Shown piece by piece: positions 19,934-29,781 of a stretch of DNA of 64,000 bases. The position numbers and the translations under genes are program-made. Source of the stretch: an uncultured Gemmatimonadales bacterium (GTDB taxonomy: Bacteria > Gemmatimonadota > Gemmatimonadetes > Gemmatimonadales > Gemmatimonadaceae); the NCBI GenBank assembly GCA_963793305.1, contig CAWBZV010000010.1:1-64000 (forward strand), read 5' to 3'. The notes beneath the pieces are model-generated. The model did not search any database and was not told where the DNA came from. It saw only the letters and a program-made list of their open reading frames with translations. Position 1 is the first letter of the stretch. Each line of letters begins with the position of its first letter.

Positions 19934-22210
19934 GTCGGGCCGCCGGGGTAACGTTGCGAAAAACGTCGCGCCGGCGCCGAGGGCGCTCGTGACACCGACC
20001 GTGCCGCCTTGGGCCTCGACTAAGCGCTTGACCAGCGCGAGGCCGAGGCCGGTGCCGGCGTGGCGCTTGCGGGTGCCGGAGTCCAACTGCTCGAAGGCCG
20101 TGAAGAGACGCGGGATGTCCTGGGGCGCAATCCCGATGCCCGTGTCCGCGACCTCCAGTCGGAAGGTCGCTCCCGTCGCGAGCACGCGGACCGTGACGCG
20201 TCCGCCGGCGGGCGTGAACTTGTAGGCATTGGCCACGTAGTTGTACAGCACCTGCTTATACCGCGCGGGATCCACGACGACGTCCGTCAGGTCGCTGTCC
20301 ACGTGCCACTCGACCTGAATCTGCTTTTCCGCGGTGCTCGAGCGGAGCACGCCGAGGATCTCGGCCACGAGCTGAGGGAGATCGACCCGCTCCGGGTAGA
20401 ATTGCAGCTTGCCCGCTTCGATCTTCGAGAGGTCGAGGATGTCGTTGATCAACTGCAACAAGTGCCGGGCGCTCGTCAGCACGTCACTCAAGTATTCGTC
20501 GTGTTCCGGACTGGTCGGCGCGACCTTCTTGTCATGAAGAATTTCGCTGAAGCCGATGATCGCATTGAGCGGTGTCCGCAACTCGTGTGACATGTTGGCG
20601 AGGAATTCGCTCTTGAGACGGCTCGCCTCCTGGGCGCGCCGCGATTCGACGTTGGCCCGCACGGCATTCATCTGCAAGTCGGCCGCCCGGCGCTCGTCGG
20701 TCTGATCGCGGAAGACGAGGACGACACCGCTCGCCTGCCCCGAGTCATGGCGGATCGGCGCGCCGCTGTCGGCGATCGGGATTTCTGTACCGTCGCGCGC
20801 GACCAGCAACGTGTGGTTCGCCAACCCCACGATGGTTCCGCGGCGGAGGACCAGCTCCACCGGGTTCTCCACCCGTTCGCGTGTCGTCTCGTTAATGATG
20901 TGAAAGACGGTCGGCAGCGGGCGACCGATCGCCTCGGCTTCGGACCAGCCTGTCAGTCGCTCGGCCACCGGGTTCATGCGAACGACGCTGCCCGCCATGT
21001 CCGTCGCGATGACGGCGTCCCCGATGCTGTCGAGGGTCGTCGACAAGCTTCGCTCTGATTCGCGGAGCGCCTTGTTGCTCCCTTCCAATTCATCATTCGT
21101 GGCTTCGAGCTCCTCAGCCAACGCCTGCGCTTCGTCGACCTGCTCTTCCAAGGCATGCCTGGACTCGACCACGCGCGACGACATTCGCGTGAATGCGTCG
21201 ACGAGCCGTCCGACCTCGTTGCCCGACGCAGACTCGATCGCGATTGGGGTCACCGTCAGCTCTTCGCTCGACGCCATCCGCTCCGCGGCCGCGGTCAATG
21301 CCACGACCGGCCGTGTGATGCGACGGCTCACGACGATCCCGCCCGCGATACCGATCAATGTGAAGAGCACCGCCAGGGCGCCCATGTCGATCAACAACCG
21401 CTGCATGGGCGCGAAGAGCGCGGCTCGAGGCTGCGCCACCCACAGGATCCAGGATGTGCCCTGAATCGGCAGTGCCACCCCCAATCCGTCGCCCCACGTC
21501 GGCGAGTTGTACACCGTCGTAGTCCCGGCTTTAAACGGCGGAGGAGCCGGCTGTGGCCGTTCCAGGTCGGACCAGACACCGCCCGGCTCCGACGTGCCGA
21601 CCAACAGCACCGAGTGCGGCCCGATGAGATCCTTGAGTGGTTTCGCGCCGGCCGTGACGATGTAGGACGACCAGGTGAGATACCCAATCGGTTGACCACC
21701 GCGTGTGACTGGAGTGAAGGACGCCAAATACAACGAGTCCCCGGCCGCCAGAATGGGAGAGATGGCGGCTCGTGTCGGACGCGCATCCAGCGCATGCCTG
21801 AGCCAGCCATCCGGTGGTGGTCGCCCCGTTACGGTATCCACCGCGATCTCACCGCCGAGCCGGCGGAGCTCCACGCGAGTGCCCACCGTGCCGGCCGTCG
21901 ACTGCAGGACGGTGAGTGCGCGCCGCGCCGAGGACGGATTGCCACCGCTGGTCAAGTAGCGCTGGATCGCGGTGTCCGCGGCGACCTTTCGCGCCCGCTC
22001 GAAGTCCTGGGCGGCGGATTGCACGAGCAGGTTCGCGACGGTCTTCGCTGACGCCGTGATTCGCGCGCTGGCATCGCTCAGGATGATCCGCTCCGTGCGG
22101 ACATACGCGGTCCACGCGAACGCCGCGACGGTCGCCAGCACGAGTGCCGAGATGAGGAGCGGCAGCTCGCGCTCAATCGAGCGCCAGCGAACAGGCGGCC
22201 GCGGCGTCAT
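19907..22210 (-). CDS. membrane sensor histidine kinase (Cache-like, HAMP, PAS, HisKA, HATPase)
   Basis: Two TM helices; PAS domain; SHELRTPL, DTGIGI and GTGLGL. Confidence 0.93.
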   Translation of the reverse strand: MTPRPPVRWRSIERELPLLISALVLATVAAFAWTAYVRTERIILSDASARITASAKTVANLLVQSAAQDFERARKVAADTAIQRYLTSGGNPSSARRALTVLQSTAGTVGTRVELRRLGGEIAVDTVTGRPPPDGWLRHALDARPTRAAISPILAAGDSLYLASFTPVTRGGQPIGYLTWSSYIVTAGAKPLKDLIGPHSVLLVGTSEPGGVWSDLERPQPAPPPFKAGTTTVYNSPTWGDGLGVALPIQGTSWILWVAQPRAALFAPMQRLLIDMGALAVLFTLIGIAGGIVVSRRITRPVVALTAAAERMASSEELTVTPIAIESASGNEVGRLVDAFTRMSSRVVESRHALEEQVDEAQALAEELEATNDELEGSNKALRESERSLSTTLDSIGDAVIATDMAGSVVRMNPVAERLTGWSEAEAIGRPLPTVFHIINETTRERVENPVELVLRRGTIVGLANHTLLVARDGTEIPIADSGAPIRHDSGQASGVVLVFRDQTDERRAADLQMNAVRANVESRRAQEASRLKSEFLANMSHELRTPLNAIIGFSEILHDKKVAPTSPEHDEYLSDVLTSARHLLQLINDILDLSKIEAGKLQFYPERVDLPQLVAEILGVLRSSTAEKQIQVEWHVDSDLTDVVVDPARYKQVLYNYVANAYKFTPAGGRVTVRVLATGATFRLEVADTGIGIAPQDIPRLFTAFEQLDSGTRKRHAGTGLGLALVKRLVEAQGGTVGVTSALGAGATFFATLPRRPDSPVLDHLR

Positions 22211-22335
22211 TGCGAGTCAAGCATGGGGCTGTCTCATGACCGGAACAACACTCGATACGTCACGCTTGGTTGCATCTCTTATCCGTCTGCCGGTGAAGAG
22301 ACGCTGAGGAGATGCCAGGGCGCTAGGGTACGTCC

Positions 22336-23439
22336 ATGTCGACCCCACAACGCCTGCTGGCGCTTCTCGTCGCCGCCGCGGCCACCGTCCCAGCGCACAG
22401 CCAAACACCGATGTCATTGCCAACCGGAGTGTTTCGCTCCGGTCCCGCCACGATCACCCTGGCCGCTGACGGATCGACGGACATGGTCATGCCCACGGCC
22501 GAATGGAAGGGGTCCCTCCGGACGCATGCCGACACAGTTTGGGTCTCTGACCAATCCCCTGCCTGCGCCGACGCCGGCGCGGGTCAGTATCTCTGGTCGG
22601 CGACCGACACGGTGTTGACGCTCCAGCCGATCAGCGATCCCTGCCAGCCTCGTCTTGCCAGCGGTTTGCTCGTGTGGCATCGTGTGCCGAGCGAGCCGAC
22701 GGTTCTGACGATTACCGCGCGCGACTACGCCTTCGAGGCGTCCGACACCATCGCCGCGGGGCCGATCACGATTCGACTCCACAATGCGGGGCAGGATTTT
22801 CACGAGGTGGATCTCGTCCGTTTGACGGACGGACACACGATGGCCGACGTCGCCCATGCGATGGACGCCCGCCAGCACGTGCGGTGGGCGGCCGAGTTGG
22901 GCGGCGTGTCCGCTGTCGCTCCGGGTGACGATGCGGCTATCACCCTCAACGTCCCGGCTGGATCGTACGTTGTGATCTGTGGCGTCCCCGATGCACACGG
23001 CACACCCCACGCGATGAAGGGCATGATACGCGCGCTGGTCGTGACTGGCGCGTCGACGGGTCGGTCGACCGCCACCATGCCGCATCCCAACGTCACGGTC
23101 GACATGCGCGAGTATGGATTCGCGTTGTCGCATCCGCTCACGGCGGGAGCGCACATGGCGCTCGTCCGGAATATCGGCGCCGAGCGTCATATGTTGATTC
23201 TCATCCGCTTGGCTCCAGGGAAGTCCACCGCCAATGTGCTTGCCTGGGAGCACCACCGGACTGGCCCACCGCCCGCGCGGCCGATCGGCGGCGTCGCGGA
23301 GATGGACGCGGGCACCGCCGTACTGTGGCCAATGCAGCTCTCGGCGGGTCGCTACGCGTTGATTTGCTTTGCGGACGCTCCGGACGGCAAGTCGCACGCC
23401 GAGCACCACATGGTGAGCGCATTCACGATCGCGCCCTGA
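22336..23439 (+). CDS. secreted protein with two cupredoxin-like domains
   Basis: Two repeats with a His followed later by C-x9/10-H-x4-M (ICGVPDAHGTPHAMKGM; ICFADAPDGKSHAEHHM). Confidence 0.72.
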   Translation: MSTPQRLLALLVAAAATVPAHSQTPMSLPTGVFRSGPATITLAADGSTDMVMPTAEWKGSLRTHADTVWVSDQSPACADAGAGQYLWSATDTVLTLQPISDPCQPRLASGLLVWHRVPSEPTVLTITARDYAFEASDTIAAGPITIRLHNAGQDFHEVDLVRLTDGHTMADVAHAMDARQHVRWAAELGGVSAVAPGDDAAITLNVPAGSYVVICGVPDAHGTPHAMKGMIRALVVTGASTGRSTATMPHPNVTVDMREYGFALSHPLTAGAHMALVRNIGAERHMLILIRLAPGKSTANVLAWEHHRTGPPPARPIGGVAEMDAGTAVLWPMQLSAGRYALICFADAPDGKSHAEHHMVSAFTIAP

Positions 23440-23451
23440 GCTCGGAGACCG

Positions 23452-23823
23452 CTACGGCAAGAGCGAGAGTTGGCCAGGGCCGGCCAACGCGATCATGAGG
23501 TTCATTGTCACGAGCGTCAGATCGTAGTGCCAGCCGTAGCCGTCTTTGCCCCAGAAGCCCGTGTGCCAGACGAAGATTTTCTTTTGGATGGCGCCGGCCA
23601 TGATGAGCATGAGTCCCAGCGCGGCCCAGCGCGCGAAGACGCCGAAGATCAGTCCAGCGCTGCCGGCCAGCTCGGCGACTCCGATGAACATCATGAACGC
23701 GGGCGGCAGGCCATTGATCTTGCCGCGCCCGACGGGGTCCTTCACCGTACTCCATCCACTGGTGAGGAAGTCGGTCGAGATAATGAGCCGGAGCGCGAGC
23801 GCGCCGAAGTCGTACGGCTGCAC
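23452..23823 (-). CDS. DoxX family membrane protein
   Basis: LALRL, AELAGS..LIFG..ARWAALGL and GPGQLSL. Probable GTG start at 23823, 7 nt after TAGATT. Confidence 0.85.
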   Translation of the reverse strand: MQPYDFGALALRLIISTDFLTSGWSTVKDPVGRGKINGLPPAFMMFIGVAELAGSAGLIFGVFARWAALGLMLIMAGAIQKKIFVWHTGFWGKDGYGWHYDLTLVTMNLMIALAGPGQLSLLP

Positions 23824-23842
23824 GCGTTCGAATCTAGCGCGG

Positions 23843-24020
23843 TCATACCACCGGCGCTCGCTCGGGCTCCGTAACTGGAAACGCGCCAGCCCGACGCAGC
23901 AGTTCCAGCAAGGCGTCGTTCCCATGTTCACGAGCGTACGCGACTCGGAATCCGTCACGCCCACAAGCGTCAGCAACTGGACCTCGCCCGACTCCAAGCG
24001 AAACGACGCCGGCGCATAGA
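23843..24020 (-). pseudogene. C-terminal remnant of a Suppressor-of-fused (SUFU)-like protein
   Basis: FRLESGEVQLLTLVGVTDSE, then after a frameshift AYAREHGNDALLELLRRAGAFPVTEPER*; no N-terminus. Confidence 0.5.
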
Positions 24021-24177
24021 GCTATGACGATCGGTGGATCGACGGCGCCGCACGCATGACACCCACATGCAGCGATCCACGATTGCGCATCCCTCGCAAT
24101 CGCTGTCGGCCGCGACGTACACAAAAACCTCACAGTCTCGACGGAATAATATAGGGAATGCTCGAATAGATTGTGCC

Positions 24178-24540
24178 ATGATGCATCGGCTCCTGTCGGC
24201 GCTCATGGGAATCGTGTTCGTCCTCGCGACAAACAACCCCATGTCGGGCCATCCATGCATGGCGCAGGGCAGCGCGCGTGAGGCAATGCCGCCGATGCCA
24301 GGCATGCCGGCTATGCCGCACGATCACTCGCGACATCAGTCGCAGCCGTGCTCGTGTCTCGACTCCTGTTCCTGTGCTGTGGCGGTGACCATCGCCAAAG
24401 ACCGTCTCGTCGCGCTCCCCATCGTACCGATTGCGGTAGTCCCGGTGACGCGCGCGATCGAATCGGCGAAGCTGCGCCCGACACAGCCGGACAGCGTCGT
24501 ACTCCCCCCTCCTCTAGGCCCGCCCGCCCTCCTCGGCTGA
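24178..24540 (+). CDS. DUF2946/CruR-like Cys-rich, Pro-tailed small exported protein
   Basis: Signal-like N-terminus; Met/His-rich segment; CSCLDSCSC; C-terminus LPPPLGPPA. Confidence 0.65.
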   Translation: MMHRLLSALMGIVFVLATNNPMSGHPCMAQGSAREAMPPMPGMPAMPHDHSRHQSQPCSCLDSCSCAVAVTIAKDRLVALPIVPIAVVPVTRAIESAKLRPTQPDSVVLPPPLGPPALLG

Positions 24541-24634
24541 CAGAGGAGTTGTTGCTGGCAATACGCAGGCGCGCGGCGTTCGCAACATCGCACGCGCAAC
24601 GGGCTCAACACATCAAACAACAGGGGAGATTCAC

Positions 24635-25522
24635 ATGCAACGGCGTGAGCTACTCAAGCAAACGGCGGCGCTCGGCCTGATGTCGGCGCTACCAACGCGA
24701 TTCTTCGGCGCATCGCCCGCGGCGGCGCAATCGGTACGGGCGTTCGACGACAAAGACATCCCGGTCGCATTCGTCATCTCCGACGGCGCGGTCGTCATCG
24801 ACTTCGCCGGCCCGTGGGAGATATTCAGCGCGGCCATGCCGAGCGTGGGCGGCCAGATGGAAATGCCGTTCAAGCCTTACATGGTCGCCGAGACCTCGGA
24901 ACCAGTGAAGGCTGGGAACGGAATGCAGATTCTTCCCAACTACACATTCGGCAACGCACCGGCACCGAAGATCATCGTCATTCCGGCGCAGAATGACCCG
25001 AGCGATGCCATGATCGAGTGGATACGGCACGCCTCACGGACCGCCGAGCTCACCATGTCGATCTGCACCGGCGCGTTTGTTCTGGCCAAGACTGGACTCC
25101 TCTCCGGCAAGAACGCCACGACGCATCACGGTGCGTGCTTCGATCTTGGACACCAGTACCCGGATATCCACGTGCTGCGCGGCGTGCGCTATGTCGAGGA
25201 CGGCAAGATCGCCTCATCGGGTGGACTCTCTTGCGGAATCGATCTGGCACTCCATGTGGTCGAACGCTACTTCGGCCACCAAACAGCGACCGACACGGCA
25301 TTTAATGAGGAGTATCAAAGCAAGGGCTGGTTGCACCCCGAGGCGAGCTCGGAGTTCGCGCACTTCTATATCAAAGGCCAGCCTATGTGCCCGGTGTGCG
25401 GCATGACCGTCAACGTGTCGACGGCGCCACAATCCGTCTATAAGGGCGAGACGTACTACTGCTGCATGGCGGCCCATAAGCAGATCTTCGATGCCATCCC
25501 CGAACAGGTTCTGGCGAGCTAG
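24635..25522 (+). CDS. Tat-exported DJ-1/PfpI family protein with C-terminal YHS domain
   Basis: RRELLK Tat motif; DFAGPWEIF and SICTGA; CPVCGM...YKGETYYCC...F. Confidence 0.88.
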   Translation: MQRRELLKQTAALGLMSALPTRFFGASPAAAQSVRAFDDKDIPVAFVISDGAVVIDFAGPWEIFSAAMPSVGGQMEMPFKPYMVAETSEPVKAGNGMQILPNYTFGNAPAPKIIVIPAQNDPSDAMIEWIRHASRTAELTMSICTGAFVLAKTGLLSGKNATTHHGACFDLGHQYPDIHVLRGVRYVEDGKIASSGGLSCGIDLALHVVERYFGHQTATDTAFNEEYQSKGWLHPEASSEFAHFYIKGQPMCPVCGMTVNVSTAPQSVYKGETYYCCMAAHKQIFDAIPEQVLAS

Positions 25523-25527
25523 TACGG

Positions 25528-25566
25528 CGAAGGCCGCGACGGTGAGAAGATCCACCTCGCGGCCTC
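25528..25566. repeat. third copy of the hairpin found downstream of tRNA-Arg(ACG); probable terminator
   Basis: CGAAGGCCGCGACGGTGAGAAGATCCACCTC (31 nt) is identical to 53838..53868 and is followed by GCGGCCTC. It lies between convergent genes. Confidence 0.85.
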
Positions 25567-28013
25567 TACTGCTCCGCTCGCAGCGCACTCACCGGATCCA
25601 CGCGTGCGGCGCGTTGGGCCGGGATCCAACTCGCCAGCAGTGCCACGATCGCTGACAGCACTGCGCTTGCGGTCAATGTCACTGGATCGCGCGCGCTGAT
25701 GCCGAAGACGAGCGCGGACATCGCGCTGCCAAGGGCCGCGAAGGCGACGATGCCGGCGGCGATGCCGATTCCCGCGAGTGTCGCTCCACTTTGAAGGACC
25801 ATATGGATGACGGCGTCCGGGCGCGCGCCCAGCGCCAGTCGGATGCCGATCTCCTTTGTCCGTTGACTCATGCTGTAACTCAGTACGCCGTAGATCCCGA
25901 GCATTGCCAGCAAGAGTGCGAGACCACCAATGCCGCCGAGCACGATCGAGGCGAGGCGGCGGGGCGCGAGGGACGAGCTCAAGATCTCCGTCAGACGCGC
26001 GATGTCGGCCACCGGAAGCGCCGGATCCACGTCGTGTACCGCGGCGCGTAACTGTGGCGCGAGGGCCGTCAGTGGGATTTGAGAACGCACGAGGATCGTC
26101 TGGTCGCTCTCAGCCGCGCCTCCGGGAGAGTAGATCAGTCCAACACCTGCCGCCGCAATGTCGGCCTCTTTTGTGGAGCCGACGACGCCGACCACGGTCA
26201 GCATTGGCGCCCACGGCCCGATCTTCCTCCCGATCGGATCTTCCCCCGGGAAGAGTTTTTCCGCCAGCGTCTGGTCGATGATTGCGACGGGCGCGGTGTT
26301 TGGCGCCCTGGTGCGGAGGCTCGCAACATCGGCCGCGGAGAACGTCCGCCCCGCGCGCAGCGGGATGCCCGCCGTCTGGAAGTAGCTGCCATCGACCCAT
26401 GTCCACAGGGGCCGGAGCGTGGCATTCTCTTGCGCGGGCTTGTCCCCTGCCGTGGCCGAACGGTCGCCTTTGTTTTCCCGGTCGAACGGGGCGGCGCTCG
26501 CCGTCGTGATGGCCGTCAGGCCGGGAATCCCACGCAGCCGCTCCACGAGCGCCTGATTGAACGCGAAACGACTAGGAATGTCCTTGTAGCGCGCGGCCGG
26601 CAGGTTAACGCGCATCGTGATGAGTCCCGCCGGCCGAAATCCCGGGTCGACCTCCAGGAGTCTGCGCAGGCTCCTCAACGAGACGCCGCAACCCGAGAGC
26701 AGCACGACCGTGATCGCGACCTGCACGACGACGGCCGAACTGAGGAATCGGCTTCGGCCCACGGCAGCCGAGGCGCTCCGCGATGCGCTCGCCCGGAGCG
26801 CGTCACCCGCGCCGATGCGGGCCGCGCGGATCGCTGGAGCCACACCAAAGAGCAGGACGGACAGCAGGGAGACACCGGCGGAGAATGCGAGGACGAGTGG
26901 ATCGAGTTGCAGGTCGCCGATCACCGCGAACAGCTGCGGGTCCACCGACGGAAGCACGGTGACGAGCACTTTCGCGACGGCAATCCCAAGTGCACCACCC
27001 GCAGCGGCCAAGATGAGGCTCTCCGTGATGGGCTGTCGGGCGATCACCCATGTGTCCGCCCCGAGTGCGGCGCGCACGGCGATTCCCCTGGCGTGTCGAG
27101 TCACCCGAATGAGTTGAAGGCACGCGACGTTCGCGCAGACGAGGAGCAGTACGAATCCGACGGCACCAATCAACAGGAGGAGGATGGGCCGAAGCTCACC
27201 GGCCATTTCGTCCACGATTGGCGTGACGAGCAGGGTCTGGTCCACATCGCGGGGGTAGTATCGGGGCAGGCTTTGCCGCCAGCCGGTCATAGCGGCCGCC
27301 AGCGCCGCTCGTAGCCGCGGCATCTCTACTCCCTGCCTCACGCGAGCGACCGTCGTCGCGACTTTGCACGCCCGACTCGACGAGTCGCGCCAGTCGAGGT
27401 TGTAACACCTGTTCGCGTTGAGTTGCCTCGGTGTCCAGATCTGGACGCGGCGTGGGAAGCGGAATCCCGGCGGGAGCACGCCAATGATCTCATATGATCG
27501 GTCATCGAGACGCAGTGTCGTTCCGATGGCCTTGGGATCGGCGCCCGTCAAATCGTGCCAGAGGCCATAGCTCAAGACAACGACATCCGAATTGCCGACG
27601 TTCGCGGACGAGTCGTACAGCCGGCCCACATATGGGCGCACGCCAAAAGCGTCGAAGAGCGCGCCACCAGTCGAGATCGCGCTGACGCGTTGCGGCGCTC
27701 CCGAGCCGGTAACGTTCACATCCGTCTCGACGTACCCCCCAACGGCATCGAACAGATCCCGCCGGTCGCCCAAGTCATGGAGCTCGCCTGGGGTCAGAGC
27801 GTTCAGCCGAACGTCGCTCTTGGGAAAGAGCGTTTCAACGAATACGAGGTGACTCAGTCCCCGGACGGGCAACGGCCGGAGCAGCAGCGCTTCGACGGCG
27901 CTGAACATGGCGGCGTTCGCGCCAATGCCGAGCATCAGCGTCGACACGGCGGCGATGGCGAACCCGGGCGAGCGCCGCAGGGTTCGATAGGCGAGACGGA
28001 GATCGTGCCACAT
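25566..28013 (-). CDS. ADOP-type duplicated MacB/FtsX ABC permease
   Basis: WHDLRLAYRTLRRSPGF, LGIGANAAMFS, ACANVA, RTKEIGIRLALGA and PAQRAARVDP. Confidence 0.9.
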   Translation of the reverse strand: MWHDLRLAYRTLRRSPGFAIAAVSTLMLGIGANAAMFSAVEALLLRPLPVRGLSHLVFVETLFPKSDVRLNALTPGELHDLGDRRDLFDAVGGYVETDVNVTGSGAPQRVSAISTGGALFDAFGVRPYVGRLYDSSANVGNSDVVVLSYGLWHDLTGADPKAIGTTLRLDDRSYEIIGVLPPGFRFPRRVQIWTPRQLNANRCYNLDWRDSSSRACKVATTVARVRQGVEMPRLRAALAAAMTGWRQSLPRYYPRDVDQTLLVTPIVDEMAGELRPILLLLIGAVGFVLLLVCANVACLQLIRVTRHARGIAVRAALGADTWVIARQPITESLILAAAGGALGIAVAKVLVTVLPSVDPQLFAVIGDLQLDPLVLAFSAGVSLLSVLLFGVAPAIRAARIGAGDALRASASRSASAAVGRSRFLSSAVVVQVAITVVLLSGCGVSLRSLRRLLEVDPGFRPAGLITMRVNLPAARYKDIPSRFAFNQALVERLRGIPGLTAITTASAAPFDRENKGDRSATAGDKPAQENATLRPLWTWVDGSYFQTAGIPLRAGRTFSAADVASLRTRAPNTAPVAIIDQTLAEKLFPGEDPIGRKIGPWAPMLTVVGVVGSTKEADIAAAGVGLIYSPGGAAESDQTILVRSQIPLTALAPQLRAAVHDVDPALPVADIARLTEILSSSLAPRRLASIVLGGIGGLALLLAMLGIYGVLSYSMSQRTKEIGIRLALGARPDAVIHMVLQSGATLAGIGIAAGIVAFAALGSAMSALVFGISARDPVTLTASAVLSAIVALLASWIPAQRAARVDPVSALRAEQ

Positions 28014-28110
28014 GGGCGCTAACGCTGAAGAGGCGACATTGAGAATGCAAGGTGAAGACCACGGCTTCAATGCGCATCGTTAGTTCGGTGTCAGCTGGTG
28101 TGTCTGGGGA

Positions 28111-29175
28111 CTACCGCGCCTCAGGCTGCCCGTCGGTTTGTTTCGCTAGCGCGCGCGCATACTCGCCCTGAAGTTGCTCGACTGTAGGCAGGGACTCCCG
28201 AACGTCGGCCGGTAGGGCTTCCCGTGTCTCGAACGTCGCGATGCCCATAGCACTTCGAGTACTTCGCAGGGCGAACTCGGCAACCGCGACATTGCGGCGC
28301 CGGCAGAGAACAATACCCACGCTCGATCGACCTACAGTCGGATTCGGAAGCAGCGCGTCCACCGCCTCGAGATAAAACCCCATCTGGCCGACATATTGTG
28401 GCCGGAAATCGGTGGTTTTCAGATCGACCACCACATAGCGTCCGAGACCCACGTGATAAAACAATAGATCCAGGTAGAACGTTTCCCCGCCGATTCGAAT
28501 CGGGTACTGACTTCCAACGAGTGCGAACCCCGTCCCGAGTGCAAGAAAGAAACTCCGCATATGCTGCAAAAGAGCGCTCTCCACATCGCGTTCGCGCACT
28601 CGCGCGGCTAAGCCCGATACCTCAAGTATGTAGTGATCGCGGAACATCGCTTGCGCGAGATCCGAGTCTTCGTCTGAAAGCGCAGAGGCGAAGTTCGTCA
28701 ACGCCCGCCCCTCATGCCTATACAACCCGCTTTCGATCTGAAGCAGCATCACATTGCGAGACCAACCGACTTTGCCAGCGCGTTCCGCGTACCATGATCG
28801 CTCCGCGGGGTCCGAAAGGGCCGAGAGCAATGTCAGGTTATGCCACCATGTCACGCGACTTAATACTGTCTCGACGACGCCGCGATCCGGCCACGCCGCC
28901 GCGAACGCGCGCATGTAGTGCAGGTTGCGCTCGGAATAGCCGCGCGAACCTGGGAAGCGCCCGCCGAGGTCACAGGCGAGCTGATGAATGACACCGGCTC
29001 CCCAACCGCGCTGAATCTGACGTCGGAGAAGTTCGGTGCCGAGATCGTAGTAGAGCAAGATGGTAGCGGAATTGATCGCGGCAGTTGCATCACGCTGGGC
29101 TTTTTCGATGCGTGCGACCACCGCCGCGAGGAAGTCTCCGTACCCGGTGGGTTGGTCAAATCGGATCTCTTTCAC
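28111..29175 (-). CDS. YhcG/DUF1016 family PD-(D/E)XK nuclease domain protein
   Basis: GWGAGVI..L, SERNL.YMRAFA, FYLDLLFYH, VVVDLK and GQMGFY; start uncertain. Confidence 0.9.
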   Translation of the reverse strand: MKEIRFDQPTGYGDFLAAVVARIEKAQRDATAAINSATILLYYDLGTELLRRQIQRGWGAGVIHQLACDLGGRFPGSRGYSERNLHYMRAFAAAWPDRGVVETVLSRVTWWHNLTLLSALSDPAERSWYAERAGKVGWSRNVMLLQIESGLYRHEGRALTNFASALSDEDSDLAQAMFRDHYILEVSGLAARVRERDVESALLQHMRSFFLALGTGFALVGSQYPIRIGGETFYLDLLFYHVGLGRYVVVDLKTTDFRPQYVGQMGFYLEAVDALLPNPTVGRSSVGIVLCRRRNVAVAEFALRSTRSAMGIATFETREALPADVRESLPTVEQLQGEYARALAKQTDGQPEAR

Positions 29176-29379
29176 TCTCTTAACGTGCTGCAAAGTCTTT
29201 GCAGAATTGACTGCGGGAATGTTTCGTTTCGAGTGCTCCGGAGAATATGTCCGGCTGGTTACTCCAGACAGCGCGCAAACCATCACCGTGACCCGCTCGC
29301 CAATGTGTCCCATGGGTCGCCACGGGTGAGAAATCCACGTGCGACCGACGGGAACTGCGTGAGGGCCTTCACGCTCGGA

Positions 29380-29720
29380 TCCTCGGCGGCGCCGAGTGGT
29401 TCTTCGGTGCGCTGATGTTCCTCGGATTTTGGAATAAGTCACTCGGCGCTCGTGGCGCGCTCGGCGCCTGCATCGGCTCTCTCGCGACGCTCACGATGCT
29501 CGCGCGTATCCCCAATGCCTGGGACGCATCCGCCGGCGGGTTTCCCGCCATGACCATCGTCGGCGCATTCGTGATGAAGGATCTCGTGCTGTTGGCCGCA
29601 TCGTTCTATCTGCTGAAGCAGGACGTGATGCGCGGAGCACGCAGCGAGGCGTGGCACCTGGTACGCGTGAGACAGCGGGCGCAGTCGGCGGCGGACCACG
29701 GGAAGGGCACAGCGGCCTGA
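29380..29720 (+). pseudogene. C-terminal fragment of a DUF417 (YkgB/RclC-like) membrane protein
   Basis: LGGAEWFFGALMFLGFW...W.ASAGGFP....FVMKDLVLLAASFYLLKQD; the N-terminal half is missing. Confidence 0.65.
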
Positions 29721-29722
29721 GA

Positions 29723-29737
29723 CGGCACGCGAAATGC
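29723..29737 (+). promoter_or_regulatory. candidate sigma54 -24/-12 promoter
   Basis: CGGCACGCGAAATGC (GG-N10-GC). Confidence 0.55.
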
Positions 29738-29781
29738 CTTTGCGCCGGCAGGCTGCACCCCCTTATCCAGGAGGAGAAGTC

